Source of the DNA: a virus
DNA length: 64,000 bases
IMG/VR virus record: IMGVR_UViG_3300028840_003851
Direction: 5' to 3' (one strand)
Made by a program: the position numbers and the translations under genes. Position 1 is the stretch's first letter; each line of letters begins with the position of its first letter. Below the pieces are notes generated by a model, which worked only from the letters and a program-made list of their open reading frames with translations, was not told where the DNA came from and made no database searches. Shown here piece after piece: positions 26,201 to 35,500 of this stretch.

Positions 26201-27340
26201 GCGCCTTATCGCCCATGCACACGGACCTGTAGCAGAGTAGAACATCTCCTGCTCTGTCACATCTATCTCAGTGGGGGACACGATGGACTCTACCTCAAAG
26301 TCACGGCCGGTTGTAAACGAGCCGGATGCCCCGAAGATTGTAATGTAAAGCCCTGATACCGGTCCGGCTGAGGCTACCGTTGTTAGGTCTACATCCGTTG
26401 TGTAGAACCTCCTAGTTCGGTTAGCCCCCTCTCCATCTGATACCGGTCTACCCGTCGTACCGGAGGCTATGATGTCCCCAAAGCTACCTCCAGTTACGAT
26501 ATCTCGCTGCATCTCAGGGTCGTTGAACCCTACAACGTTAAGTCGTTGTACCTCAGGATACGAGCGAGTAATCTTGGCGGCGATTCCCCTCAGAGACACC
26601 AGAGAACGTTCGGTGAGCTCAGATTGGGCTCTGTACACGTAGTCTGTCGCTGTCTCCTCCTTAAGACCGTCCTGGAACCTCCGTAGGTTCGTTACACCGA
26701 CGGCTGAGGGGGTGTTGGCTACGGACACCAAGGACCTCGGCCCTATGTTGTACGCTGAGCCTGGATTCTCTGCTATTAGGTTGACGTCGAAGTAGTACAG
26801 CCCGTCATCGTCAACGTTGAGAATCATCTCCTCAGCTCGGATGGACTGAGATTCTATGGGGAAGAAGTGCAGCCCGCCCTTGCTAGTGAAAAACTTCTCT
26901 GGCGTCATGCTGACAACCTGGGGCTGGTCAAACAGGATGCGCCCAACACCTTTGGCGTACTCCCCTGTCTCCCTTGTAGAGAAGAGGTTGGCCCCGAGTG
27001 CCTCCGCCTCCTCTGTAGTGAGTGCCCCTGGGTACTTAAACGACTGAGACCCTTGGATGCGCACGCTCTCTCTGACGATAGGGTCCCACAGCAGAGTAAC
27101 GGGCTTGATGAGAAGGTCGGTCAACGCCCCTCCCTCATCAAAGGCTACGTCTGGATACGCCTGCTTCAGCCTGGCCTGCACGAAGGTGGCCATGTCTACC
27201 GTGAAAGGGTCGGTCCCTAAGCGGCGCAGAACACGCTGCACAATCTTAGTGTCGAACGGAGAGCCCTCACTGACATCCAAGCTCGGGTCCCACTCACGTG
27301 CTATCTGGCGAAGGAACGCCTCTAGGTCTCTGACTGCCAT
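23264..27340 (-). CDS. Baseplate J-like (wedge) protein with large insertions (1358 aa)
   Basis: N-terminal FDEGGALTDLLIKP...ALGANLFSTRETGEYAKG; YYFDV.L.AENPGSAYNI; VTNLRRFQDGLKEET, all typical of baseplate J. Confidence 0.8.
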   Translation of the reverse strand: MAVRDLEAFLRQIAREWDPSLDVSEGSPFDTKIVQRVLRRLGTDPFTVDMATFVQARLKQAYPDVAFDEGGALTDLLIKPVTLLWDPIVRESVRIQGSQSFKYPGALTTEEAEALGANLFSTRETGEYAKGVGRILFDQPQVVSMTPEKFFTSKGGLHFFPIESQSIRAEEMILNVDDDGLYYFDVNLIAENPGSAYNIGPRSLVSVANTPSAVGVTNLRRFQDGLKEETATDYVYRAQSELTERSLVSLRGIAAKITRSYPEVQRLNVVGFNDPEMQRDIVTGGSFGDIIASGTTGRPVSDGEGANRTRRFYTTDVDLTTVASAGPVSGLYITIFGASGSFTTGRDFEVESIVSPTEIDVTEQEMFYSATGPCAWAIRRKELTLSGIPGGILYPDSPYGTVTIEPDEIHIGGTYDVYLRATELESTSLVLTEVIDDEPAVSGLSAAEVAPNQVTLTDIVLNATYFEGDSVYTAIEEAGARGYTLQIETGTNAGSYRVLSVTQTVGLSPVLYLTPDLPNPTSGPSRWRLVDELTIELTGPRHTKVSGNDLSKIQGSVYVTTSSGTDFDALGVAEGDVVQILEGQDAGEYTLTADPIAPGFTSLELDAEMTFTETGVSYTVYTPNVAGSIDLPLVRVTSVELLDSGNQPQGTTVPYAKPVDIQSRSFQNPARGVKHDWVDVSLGLVSGSITFPLVGTLFVYNFYFSTVVVTFSGEADIASVVNTLNTMLLPFSSGPVAVELDSTHFGIRPFGNGGRVAITGGTAMTAVFGDTDVRTSCDIRSSNASAGWDSLDPDVDLATGLDVIQVLDGNQVGFYPIPYVVDWTSPLGTADPSKALILAEDTPTLSNATALSPELNVHVQIGARSIGSARMYFLEPTTIEVDSDTYFTASTAYGDVRYLPDPSLSTQLIPPLPGDVPVRDGETTTGSPTLTSLSQDFNLSRVHAGDDLLLLYWPLAGTVVMPSGVPVANASGTTLTYSVDNGPWKTVTFVRDDPALAPTDVSREGIVSQINASFGDDVCSLTGTDTLEFEADMLITISETGTANELILGDIAGTAPPLSFHTAGPNPTGNSVQRSNRSPSYGTYRILSTATTTLQADAPIPIDANFTANYPGPSYPRQSYQILRPGAQRITTTDMGDNEAEAGLYYFDVELVSEGTGDIWNLAADVQMSAEGYRSEGWYLTTEDSNLSFSGVETVKIIVSRTILPDGVDDDPSNAIQITGQNLQVSYDRAPVVDSVQSYISSDIERVVCSSPLARYLSPYFVRMDVTYTGGSKVDVVQPELEDYITKLYPEDTLSSSNVQKIFLDRGATDIDNPLDLIAIVHEADRTVTARRSQDAIGTDSRLCTFIPDVLNIVRDVS

Positions 27341-27994
27341 CTACACCTCCAGGTTGGCCACAGCAGCGCGGCCAGCCATCGACGTCACCTCTACGTTTAC
27401 CACCAAGGCGCCAAGCTGCCTGTTGAAGTTTGCTCCGAGAACCTTTGCGGCCATGAGCCGCTCGTCTCTTGGGATGCCAGGATTCATGCTCTGACGTCTT
27501 ACAATCTGCCTTGTAGCTGTGTCTACGGCTACCACGAACCCACTAACAATGTCCCCTCCTTGGTCCGCCCCAAACGTCTGACCTATAGGCTTCAGAGCGC
27601 TTGCTCCTTTCCCTTTGTCCAGCTTGTCAGAGCCCTTCGTGTTGAGGAGCTCCATCAGGAAAATCTGAATGAGCTTAAGCAGACCGGTCACCATCTGAGG
27701 AGTGCTGCTTAGCCTGAACGTAAGCAGACTCTTCTCCGTAACGGCGAGCTTGCGGGAGACTACGGAGACATCCACCAGTCTATCGCTCTCTAGAACCTCA
27801 GGGACCTGCGCAAGCAGCCTGGTGCGGCTCAGCACCATGAAGTTTGGGCTCTCAACGCCGTTCATCTTGACCTCCGCTACAGAGCGAAAGTCTGCCCCGA
27901 TGATGTCCAACATGGACGGCGGACCAGGCACCAACCGTATGCTGTTAAGCTCTATCTCCTCTTGAGGGAAGACAACCTGAAGGTCTATGCTCAC
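27341..27994 (-). CDS. gp25/GPW-like baseplate wedge protein with an N-terminal IPT-like domain
   Basis: VTGLLKLIQIFLMELLNTKGSD...G...; C-terminal alpha/beta; directly upstream of baseplate J. Confidence 0.65.
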   Translation of the reverse strand: MSIDLQVVFPQEEIELNSIRLVPGPPSMLDIIGADFRSVAEVKMNGVESPNFMVLSRTRLLAQVPEVLESDRLVDVSVVSRKLAVTEKSLLTFRLSSTPQMVTGLLKLIQIFLMELLNTKGSDKLDKGKGASALKPIGQTFGADQGGDIVSGFVVAVDTATRQIVRRQSMNPGIPRDERLMAAKVLGANFNRQLGALVVNVEVTSMAGRAAVANLEV

Positions 27995-28035
27995 ATCTCC
28001 TCCTTGCCACTAACCATAGCATCTTACCAAAAGCC

Positions 28036-28074
28036 AAAAAGAAATAGGCCCGCCGAGGGAGACAAGCGGGCCTA
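28036..28074 (-). terminator. Intrinsic terminator
   Basis: TAGGCCCGC/GCGGGCCTA stem followed by TTTCTTTTT on the minus strand. Confidence 0.65.
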
Positions 28075-28141
28075 GGATGAGAAAGGAGGTGTGTGCTCCT
28101 TTAGAATTAGAAGAACATAACGAGCAGGTCAAGTCTTTTCT

Positions 28142-28375
28142 CTACCGTCTTCTTCCGGTCTCGTACTGTCTACGTACTATGTTCAGGTCCGTGACAAACG
28201 CCTTAGCCTCAGCGAGTGACTGTCTAAGCTCCTTGTTCTCCTCCTCTAGCTCCTTAACCCTCTCCTGACTAAGCTCCAGCATCTCTACCAGAATAGGATG
28301 GTAGTTCTCCGCTCTAGGAGCTACGTCTCGCATGCGACTAACAGCGTCGTTCAGCCTTTCTGTGATGTCTCCCAT
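28142..28375 (-). CDS. Coiled-coil hypothetical protein (77 aa)
   Basis: SD GAGGGG; heptads RVKELEEENKELRQSL. Confidence 0.65.
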   Translation of the reverse strand: MGDITERLNDAVSRMRDVAPRAENYHPILVEMLELSQERVKELEEENKELRQSLAEAKAFVTDLNIVRRQYETGRRR

Positions 28376-29445
28376 ACTTCCCTCAGCCGGTTAACGACAT
28401 CGATGTCAAGACTCCCGTCTGGGGGTAGTCCCTCCTTCTCCTCAAACGCACGTATGGCCGCACTGGTCATCTTCCCTATACGCCCATCCGCCTTACACGG
28501 CCCTAGGTCGTAGCCTAGGTCTATCAGCATCTCCTGTATGCCCTTAGCGTCGTAGAGCTCTCCTGAAGGTCCCTTCCAGTCCTTTAGGTCCTCGGGCAGG
28601 TCTGGGATGTCGATAGAGAACAACCTCTCCAGAACAGGACGTATGGCCTTGTACCTGTGTGGGTATATCGCTATTCGCGGACCGAAGGTGAGCTCATTCA
28701 GCAGCTCAATTAACCACCCCTCGCTGAACGTTCGGTACTTGGTTTTCTGCGCAGCCACCGTTAGATGCTTAGCCGCTCTAACTGGGCTGTTAACCGCGAA
28801 GCTTAGGTACGCAGCTACGAACGCCATGCTCATATCTGTACCTAGCTCAGTAGCAGCTTCTACGGCCTCTCTGGAGTGGTAGAAAGCGTAGTCGTACAGC
28901 CTAGGAGCGATAAACTCTACCTGAGCTCTCTGTGCGCTCTCCTTTCCCCAGAAGGATGCCACTACAGCAGCCCATGTCTTAGCGCGCTCCTCTGATTCAG
29001 AGCCCCAGCTTCCCTGCTTCCCGCTACACCCAAGCATCATCATGCTTTGCTGCTCCTCCGTAGCTACCGGGGACGGAGGCTCCTTAGACCTGTAGTGAAT
29101 GCGCCACCCTCTCGGTCCCTTCACAAAGCTGGCGTCACATAGCTCAAGAGCGGGGGATAGCATACCTGCCAGGCTCTCATCCTTCTCTACGGCGAAACCA
29201 AGTGCCTTGCTCGCGGTGAAGTACCTCTTCTCTGTCACCTGGATGAGTGTGGTAGAGAGAATCTGCCCGTCGTACATGTTGATGGCGTCGTAGGCCCCGC
29301 CCTCAGTGGCTGTAATGACAGCCAGAATCTTGTCAGACAAGCTCGGCTCATCAGGTACAACGTACCGGTGCCTACCCCTAAAGAAGGGCCCCTCGTACCC
29401 GCCATACGCCCCCCAACCAATATCCTTAGTCGAAACTAGCATCAC
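28351..29445 (-). CDS. Endolysin-like protein: lysozyme-fold-like N-terminus + C-terminal peptidoglycan-binding domain
   Basis: C-terminal IQEMLIDLGYDLG...ADGRIGKMTSAAIRAFEEKEGLPPDG matches PG_binding_1; N-terminal TEGGAYDAINMYD has a candidate catalytic Glu. Confidence 0.75.
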   Translation of the reverse strand: MMLVSTKDIGWGAYGGYEGPFFRGRHRYVVPDEPSLSDKILAVITATEGGAYDAINMYDGQILSTTLIQVTEKRYFTASKALGFAVEKDESLAGMLSPALELCDASFVKGPRGWRIHYRSKEPPSPVATEEQQSMMMLGCSGKQGSWGSESEERAKTWAAVVASFWGKESAQRAQVEFIAPRLYDYAFYHSREAVEAATELGTDMSMAFVAAYLSFAVNSPVRAAKHLTVAAQKTKYRTFSEGWLIELLNELTFGPRIAIYPHRYKAIRPVLERLFSIDIPDLPEDLKDWKGPSGELYDAKGIQEMLIDLGYDLGPCKADGRIGKMTSAAIRAFEEKEGLPPDGSLDIDVVNRLREVWETSQKG

Positions 29446-29759
29446 GCATCCTTTGGTGTGTTTACGTTCTCTTCGTCACTTACGCTCGGACCAGAGTACT
29501 CCTCTACATCCTCTGCTGCCGCAAGAACATCTTTGTAGATACGCTCTACGCGCTCCTTCTCATTAGGACGCAGAACTGTACCAGAGCCTTCTATCCTCTC
29601 AATCTGGTCGTCAAGAGCATCCTCGAACGTGTACGCAGTAAAGCTGTTAACCGACTCCCTACCTCTCACAAAAGCGTACGCGTTGTTAAGCGCTCTTCTG
29701 ATGCGTTGACGAACCTCTTGGTTGTCCTGCTCTTGACTGAGCTCTTCCTCTGTCGGCAT
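29442..29759 (-). CDS. Hypothetical acidic protein (105 aa)
   Basis: ATGA overlap with the next gene. Confidence 0.6.
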   Translation of the reverse strand: MPTEEELSQEQDNQEVRQRIRRALNNAYAFVRGRESVNSFTAYTFEDALDDQIERIEGSGTVLRPNEKERVERIYKDVLAAAEDVEEYSGPSVSDEENVNTPKDA

Positions 29760-29815
29760 GTAGAGAGGGTACCACGCGTAGTACCAGCTGGTTCTATAAA
29801 ACGACTTTGGTAGCT

Positions 29816-29845
29816 AAAGAAAAGGCGCCGTACCGTCGGCGCCTT
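29816..29845 (-). terminator. Intrinsic terminator followed by the TTTAGCTACC motif
   Basis: AAGGCGCCG/CGGCGCCTT stem; TTTTCTTT tract on the minus strand. Confidence 0.65.
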
Positions 29846-29849
29846 CTCC

Positions 29850-30080
29850 CTATTCGTAGGACAACCCTAGAGGCGGGTCATACCCTGTCTCCCATGCTCT
29901 TGCCGCTACAGACCTACCTAGCATTGCCTCTGCAGATAGATGCTCCCGCATCTCTGCCCTAAGCGTAGCTGCCAGCTCATCGTACCCTAACTCCCTAAGC
30001 TCACGGTCAGAGTCTAGAGGGTTTACCTTGTACGCCCTACGAAACAGCATCTCTAGCTCCATTCTAATCTTCATACACAC
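29850..30080 (-). CDS. Hypothetical protein (76 aa)
   Basis: SD AAGGA; ends just before the terminator. Confidence 0.6.
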   Translation of the reverse strand: MCMKIRMELEMLFRRAYKVNPLDSDRELRELGYDELAATLRAEMREHLSAEAMLGRSVAARAWETGYDPPLGLSYE

Positions 30081-30910
30081 TCCTTATCTAAAGGGTACAG
30101 CGGACTAGCCCTGAACCGTCTATTGCTTAGCGGTCGAGGGTCGCCTCCTTGTAGGATGGTTAGGATGTCATCCTCCTGCTCTCCGGCTCCCTCTGAGTTC
30201 GGGTAGAACACCTTTGGGTGGTAGAGCACAACCCCGTGAGAGTAGTCGTTGTAGTTAGTTATGTGGGCCTTTGCTTCCTTCTCAAACACGTGGATGGGCT
30301 TGTTGCTCTTGCCGTAGTACGCCCCATGTATCCCGCAGTACTTAAAGCCCCAATCGGCAAGCCACGGGTGGGTGATTAAGCCCTTCTTGTGACCTGTCAC
30401 TGGCTTACCAATCTCGTAGCCTTCCTTCTCCATGTCATCCAGAAACCACTTAGTGTGGATGGGCCAGCGCTCCGTGCTCATCATGGAGGCGTTACGCGGG
30501 AACCTTGGAGGGGCCATCGCCCTGAAGCTCAGCTTCTGCGGGAAGTAGGCTCTGCGGGCATCCTCCATCTCAGGGGTACCTAGAATGAGCCCCCACTCGT
30601 TGGCTATGCGCTGAGCTGTACGAGGGGACATAGGAGTATGAACGAAGTCATCATCAGAGCCGAGACACAGGAAGTCTGGGAGGCTGTAGATGACCATAGG
30701 ACGCCCATCAGGGCGCTGCAGCTCCAAGGGGTACAGGGTCCTCATGAAGCTCGGGATGTTCCCCCTCAGATACTCCTCCGTCAGAAACCTCTCCCGCACT
30801 ATCCCAAAGCTCACTCCCTGGGCTAGCAAGTAGGTAACCATCTGGGAGGCTGCACGAGCCTCCGTCGGGCGTTCAGGCACTGTCGTGAGCTTCATACACG
30901 GGTGGGTCAT
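30071..30910 (-). CDS. Hypothetical protein (279 aa)
   Basis: SD GGAGG/AGGA; globular enzyme-like composition (GHKK, YNDYSHG); family not recognised. Confidence 0.7.
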   Translation of the reverse strand: MTHPCMKLTTVPERPTEARAASQMVTYLLAQGVSFGIVRERFLTEEYLRGNIPSFMRTLYPLELQRPDGRPMVIYSLPDFLCLGSDDDFVHTPMSPRTAQRIANEWGLILGTPEMEDARRAYFPQKLSFRAMAPPRFPRNASMMSTERWPIHTKWFLDDMEKEGYEIGKPVTGHKKGLITHPWLADWGFKYCGIHGAYYGKSNKPIHVFEKEAKAHITNYNDYSHGVVLYHPKVFYPNSEGAGEQEDDILTILQGGDPRPLSNRRFRASPLYPLDKECV

Positions 30911-31160
30911 CGTTCCTCTCCTCCTTCAGCTTGCAATCTACCTTCTTGCTCGTTCCTAGCTCGCGACTCGATATCTCTCGGGCCTCATACCAGGACTCCG
31001 CGTCTACTGTTACCGTACTGTCCGGCTCGTCGCATATCCACCCTATCCAGGGCTTAAGCTTGCGCGCTGGACCTTCCTTCTTAAGCTCCTCGAGACTCTC
31101 CTTCCTCCGTTGCTGCTCCTCTGGTGTTGGCTTTTGCCACCGCTCATCGCACACACGCAC
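30873..31160 (-). CDS. Hypothetical protein (95 aa)
   Basis: SD AGGAGG before GTG. Confidence 0.55.
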   Translation of the reverse strand: MRVCDERWQKPTPEEQQRRKESLEELKKEGPARKLKPWIGWICDEPDSTVTVDAESWYEAREISSRELGTSKKVDCKLKEERNDDPPVYEAHDSA

Positions 31161-31198
31161 ACCTCCTAGCTAGGCGTGGACCAAACGCCTTGTCCTAG

Positions 31199-31239
31199 AA
31201 AAACGGACGAGATTCTAGGATAAGCGATGTGGAAGGAGG
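31199..31239 (+). promoter_or_regulatory. Putative phage promoter plus RBS
   Basis: AAAAA(31199)...ATAAG(31220); AAGGAGG at 31233-31239. Confidence 0.5.
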
Positions 31240-31249
31240 TCTGCAAACC

Positions 31250-31711
31250 ATGTCGACCTGTTCGTGTATAGCTGAGACCGCCTGCGACATCGTCGCAAGC
31301 GGAGACACCTGGGATGACTTCTACGAGGAAGAGCGGGAGCTCTCGAAGGACAGGAGGTGCTGCGAGTGCGGCGAGACCCTGAGGAAGGGGTCAATGGCCT
31401 TCTACACCAGGGGGTGGATGTGGGACAGGGACGAGGAAGGAGAGGAGCTGGAGGGAGAGGAGGACCCGGACACGGTATCTGAGGATTGGACGTGCAAGGG
31501 GTGCCACGCCATCCGAAAGGACCTGTACGGCGGCTGCATAATACTCGGCGAGCTTCGGGAGATGCTCAGCGAGTGCTTGGGCTTTGACTACGTTACCGGT
31601 GAGTACGACGAGGAGGATGAGCCATCAGATGCGGAGAGGGCACGGTACATCAAGGAGAGTGAGGAGAGGCAGAGGAGACTTGAGGAGCTGAGGTACGCAA
31701 AGACCTGCTAG
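31250..31711 (+). CDS. Acidic Zn-binding protein
   Basis: CCECG and CKGC motifs; start moved to ATG 31250, 10 nt after AAGGAGG. Confidence 0.7.
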   Translation: MSTCSCIAETACDIVASGDTWDDFYEEERELSKDRRCCECGETLRKGSMAFYTRGWMWDRDEEGEELEGEEDPDTVSEDWTCKGCHAIRKDLYGGCIILGELREMLSECLGFDYVTGEYDEEDEPSDAERARYIKESEERQRRLEELRYAKTC

Positions 31712-31719
31712 GAGGTAAC

Positions 31720-32028
31720 ATGAGCATAGCGATGCATGGGTACAAGGGCACTCGGGAGTCACTAGAGCTGGTACACATGGATGACTACCCATCCTGGTCC
31801 ACCAGCAACGCTGCCAGGCTGCTGGTACACCTGGGATACACCGGAGATATCTGGAGAGCTCCGGTGTTCTCTGTGGAGGAGCTGCGCGAGGGGATAGAGA
31901 ATGCCCTAGTGAGGGTAACATCGTTCCCTTATGTCAAAGGGGGATACCTAGACAGGAGGTTCAAGGAGATGCGTGAGCACCTCAAGATGCTGGAGTCTGC
32001 GGGCGCGCGCTACGTGAGCTTCGCGTAG
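31720..32028 (+). CDS. Hypothetical protein (102 aa)
   Basis: SD GGAGG; followed by a terminator. Confidence 0.7.
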   Translation: MSIAMHGYKGTRESLELVHMDDYPSWSTSNAARLLVHLGYTGDIWRAPVFSVEELREGIENALVRVTSFPYVKGGYLDRRFKEMREHLKMLESAGARYVSFA

Positions 32029-32035
32029 CAGTGTA

Positions 32036-32061
32036 GGGGAGCGCACGAGCTCCCCTTTTTT
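32036..32061 (+). terminator. Intrinsic terminator; partial copy d of the conserved module
   Basis: GGGGAGC-GCACGA-GCTCCCC-TTTTTT, then AGCTCCC. Confidence 0.75.
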
Positions 32062-32067
32062 AGCTCC

Positions 32068-32550
32068 CTAAGCTCCGGCTGCTAGCTGCGCCTGCCTAGC
32101 TGCGCGAAGCTTGGCTGCCCTCTGGGCCATCTGCGACTCAGCCGCCTGCATCGTGGATGACCCAGCCTGCGACACCGTCTGCTTTGGTATCATGGCAATC
32201 CGGTTCATGGCGGTTAGAGCTCCGGTGGTGTCCCCTCCGGCTCCCCGCAGACCCATGGCAAGCATTGCTGTCGGGTCCCTTATCTCCCCGCCCGTGGCTG
32301 CCTCCGCTGCTCTCCTAAAGCTGGGGTCCTCCATCAGCTTCTTGGCGCGGGTCATGTGCGAAGGAAGGGCGGGAGCCCCTGACGCCAACCTTTGACCCGC
32401 CCTTGTTGGGGGCAGAACCCTGCCTATTGTCTTTGGTTTGGCTACCGATGCGACGCCCCTCGTTAAGAACTTCGGAATAGGCAGGCTCTTGGCCACCTTA
32501 GACATGTAGTCGTGTAGCGACCTGACTAGCTGTAGGGTCTCACCGTCCAT
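32068..32550 (-). CDS. Ala/Gly/Met-rich basic protein, candidate internal virion protein
   Basis: N-terminal LHDYMSKVA motif; low-complexity helical composition. Confidence 0.6.
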   Translation of the reverse strand: MDGETLQLVRSLHDYMSKVAKSLPIPKFLTRGVASVAKPKTIGRVLPPTRAGQRLASGAPALPSHMTRAKKLMEDPSFRRAAEAATGGEIRDPTAMLAMGLRGAGGDTTGALTAMNRIAMIPKQTVSQAGSSTMQAAESQMAQRAAKLRAARQAQLAAGA

Positions 32551-32575
32551 GGCTCTACTTTACCAAAAGGAGCGT

Positions 32576-35500
32576 CTATATAGGAGACTCAGGGGTCGGG
32601 TCCTCTACGTCAGAGATGTCGAACTCGAAGTCCTGCTCCTCATACTCGGCAAGTATGGACTGCTTATCTATCACACCCCTTCGCACCTTGCGCAGCGGGA
32701 GGTCAATACGACTAACATCCCTAATCTGCTCCAACATATATCCGGAGTAGCTGACAGATGAGGTGGACATCCCGAAGAATGTAGAGAACCTTCCCTGTAG
32801 AAGCACATCAACAGCCCTGTCCGCTCCCTTCTCTATGAAGCTTGCAACTAGAGTGTCAACCGATGGGACGACAGAGCAGCTATATGACTCCAGTATCTGC
32901 ATCCCAAGAAGAGCTGCCGCATACAGCTGGTTTATGTAGTCATACGCCGTGCCTACTGCTACAGCACTAGGATTAGTGCTGTACACCAGAGGGTTCACAG
33001 CGGCATACATATTCTGAAAGTATACGGGGTTGTTCTGGGACAGGGACAGCCAGCTTTCTGCCTGCTCTTTGAAGGTGTCGAACGTTTGACCCTGAGACCT
33101 TCTGATTCGGGCAAACGGTATCTGGATGTCGAGACCCATCGCGACTACACCCATGTCTGTAGATACCGGCGGGTCTACCTCTATTAGGTTCCTGCTCAGC
33201 TCCAGACCGACAATAGTGTGCGATGAGCTGGGCGACAACGGGGATGTCAGGTACAGCTCAAACACGTCTCCGATAGATATCTCGCTAGATGTCCTTGGTA
33301 TCTGTACGTAGGCCGTGGTCCCGCGCTCGTCTACCGGTGAGGAGAAGAACAGGCCCATTGCGGTGCTTGGGTTCGGTATAGGGTTTAGAAGAGAATCGTA
33401 GTAGAACCCATCTCCGTCCGTAATCTGTAGTCTGGTGTCTGTCGTCTCGTCCGTGCTCGTAAATGTAACAGACCTGTAACCGAGCTCAGCGTTTTCTGCG
33501 AATACAGGCAAACCTCTGTAGGTCACTACCGGTATGGTGTTCTCTAAGGGGAGCTCAAACGGTATCTGCGTTCCCAAGAGCACGCCAGAGCGAACAACCC
33601 TGTACTCTCCATCAGCAAGACTACCCTCAGACACTCTTAAGATGCAGTTATTGGGCGGTAGAAAGCTAGGACCTATCTCCACAAGAACGTCTGACACATC
33701 TGTAGGAGGCGCCGAGAAAGTGACCTCCACGTACGTATCGCTTATGCCTGTTACTGGACCGAACTTGTTGACGTCTGCTGAGTCCGCTGCCTCCCTAAGA
33801 ACTAGAACGTCACCGATGGACACCCCTGAATCAGCGACGTTAGCTAGAGTCACTGTGGTTACCGCCCCAACCGTAGAGACGTCTGCGTTGCCCCTGACCT
33901 TGTAGAGTATATAGGTGAGAGAGGACGTAGTACTGGTTCTACCCTTTCCAGTGTAGATGTCCGCTGAGAACTCTGTGTCCAGCACTATCCTTGTATTGTT
34001 CCTAGGCGCTACTGCGGGAGTCTTGTTTACCTCTTCCGCAATCTCTAAGGCTGTTATCGGTCTAGAGTACGCCACCATCTCAGGGTAGAACCCTATAGAC
34101 GTTAGTGCCGTTGTATAGTCGGTACCTGCTCCATCGTCCGTAGGAAGGCGTATGTACCAGTTAAACTCTAGAGCGTTGGAGTAGTGCGGCTCTGGGATGA
34201 ACAGTCGTACTAGTCCTGGATAGGGACCTATATCAATGCGCACATCCGTATCCGTTACCGTAGGCCCGCCGTTAGTTATCACGGCCCATAGAACATTCCC
34301 GATAACGTTAATAATGGCGTAGGTGTACCTCTTGTTGCTGCCCGTACGGACAACCAAAACATCTGTGCCGGCTGTAACGCCTAACGCCGCAAAGTCTACA
34401 CTAGCGTCGGCAGCTATACGGTCTATTCCTGGGAATACACCGTCAGCTACTATAGTAACCTCACCAGTCCACCTACTAGGATAGTAGTATACCTCTGCCT
34501 CAACGTATGGGTTAGCCCCCCAGGTAGCTACGCATGCGCTGTTTATAGCCTCTACCTGTGCGTACGCGGATGACGCTGGAGCGACATTTAACGTAACATC
34601 CACAGGGACGACTCCAGTTACCTCTATCCGGATAACATCGTCTGGGGCGGTTACGTTGTACGTCTCACTTAAAGCTCCGGATATCTGGGCCACGAAGCTC
34701 CCAGGGATGCTCAGTGTCGTTGTTAGCGAAGTATCGCTCTCTAGCTGCACATCTAGCTGGGTCTCCCCCGGCACGACTGGATATGGTCCGTGCTCGTCTG
34801 CTGTCTTACTCGCTGGTAGCGCAAGATGGTCGTTATCTGCGTACGGCTGGCTATCTCCCTCAATGTTTACAAATGAGGATACAGCCGGGAGGGAGCCGAA
34901 ACCTCTGACCACCGCTCTAGCAGCAAGCACATCTAACGTAACGTCCTTGAGCCTCTCTAGCCTACCCTCCTTACCGAGAGCGTCCATCTCCTCTGCTGCA
35001 GTCCCTATGACACTCCTAGCATTCGCTATTATTGATGAGGTCAGCGACGAGGCTAGCTGCAAGCTGCTGAAGTCGTCTATGCTTGCGCTGAGATACTGCA
35101 TACCCTCAACTACCTCCTCGTATGCGCTCTTTAAGGAGCTAATAAGTGCGGGGATGCGTACCCTGGCCTCCTCCGGAGTCTGAACAGCTTCTCCGTTCAA
35201 ACGGATATTACCCCCAGTGTCCTCTAGGAACCTATCCGTGTTTGCTTTAAAACGTATGTACGCGGGGACATCCTCTATAGAGGAGAAAGATGTATCCCGG
35301 TTACTGGCGGCCGTTTCCAGAGCATAAAGGGCTGTGGAGGCGTTGAACAAGCTAGATAGGTTATCTATGGGTAGAGACCTCCTACCAGTTGCTGTTACAG
35401 CCTGTAGTAGCTCCTCTATTGAGCTCAATACAGAGCTAATAGCTGAGTACAGACGGTTGGCACCTAGAAGCACAACATAGTACGGCGCCGTAGGGCTTGT

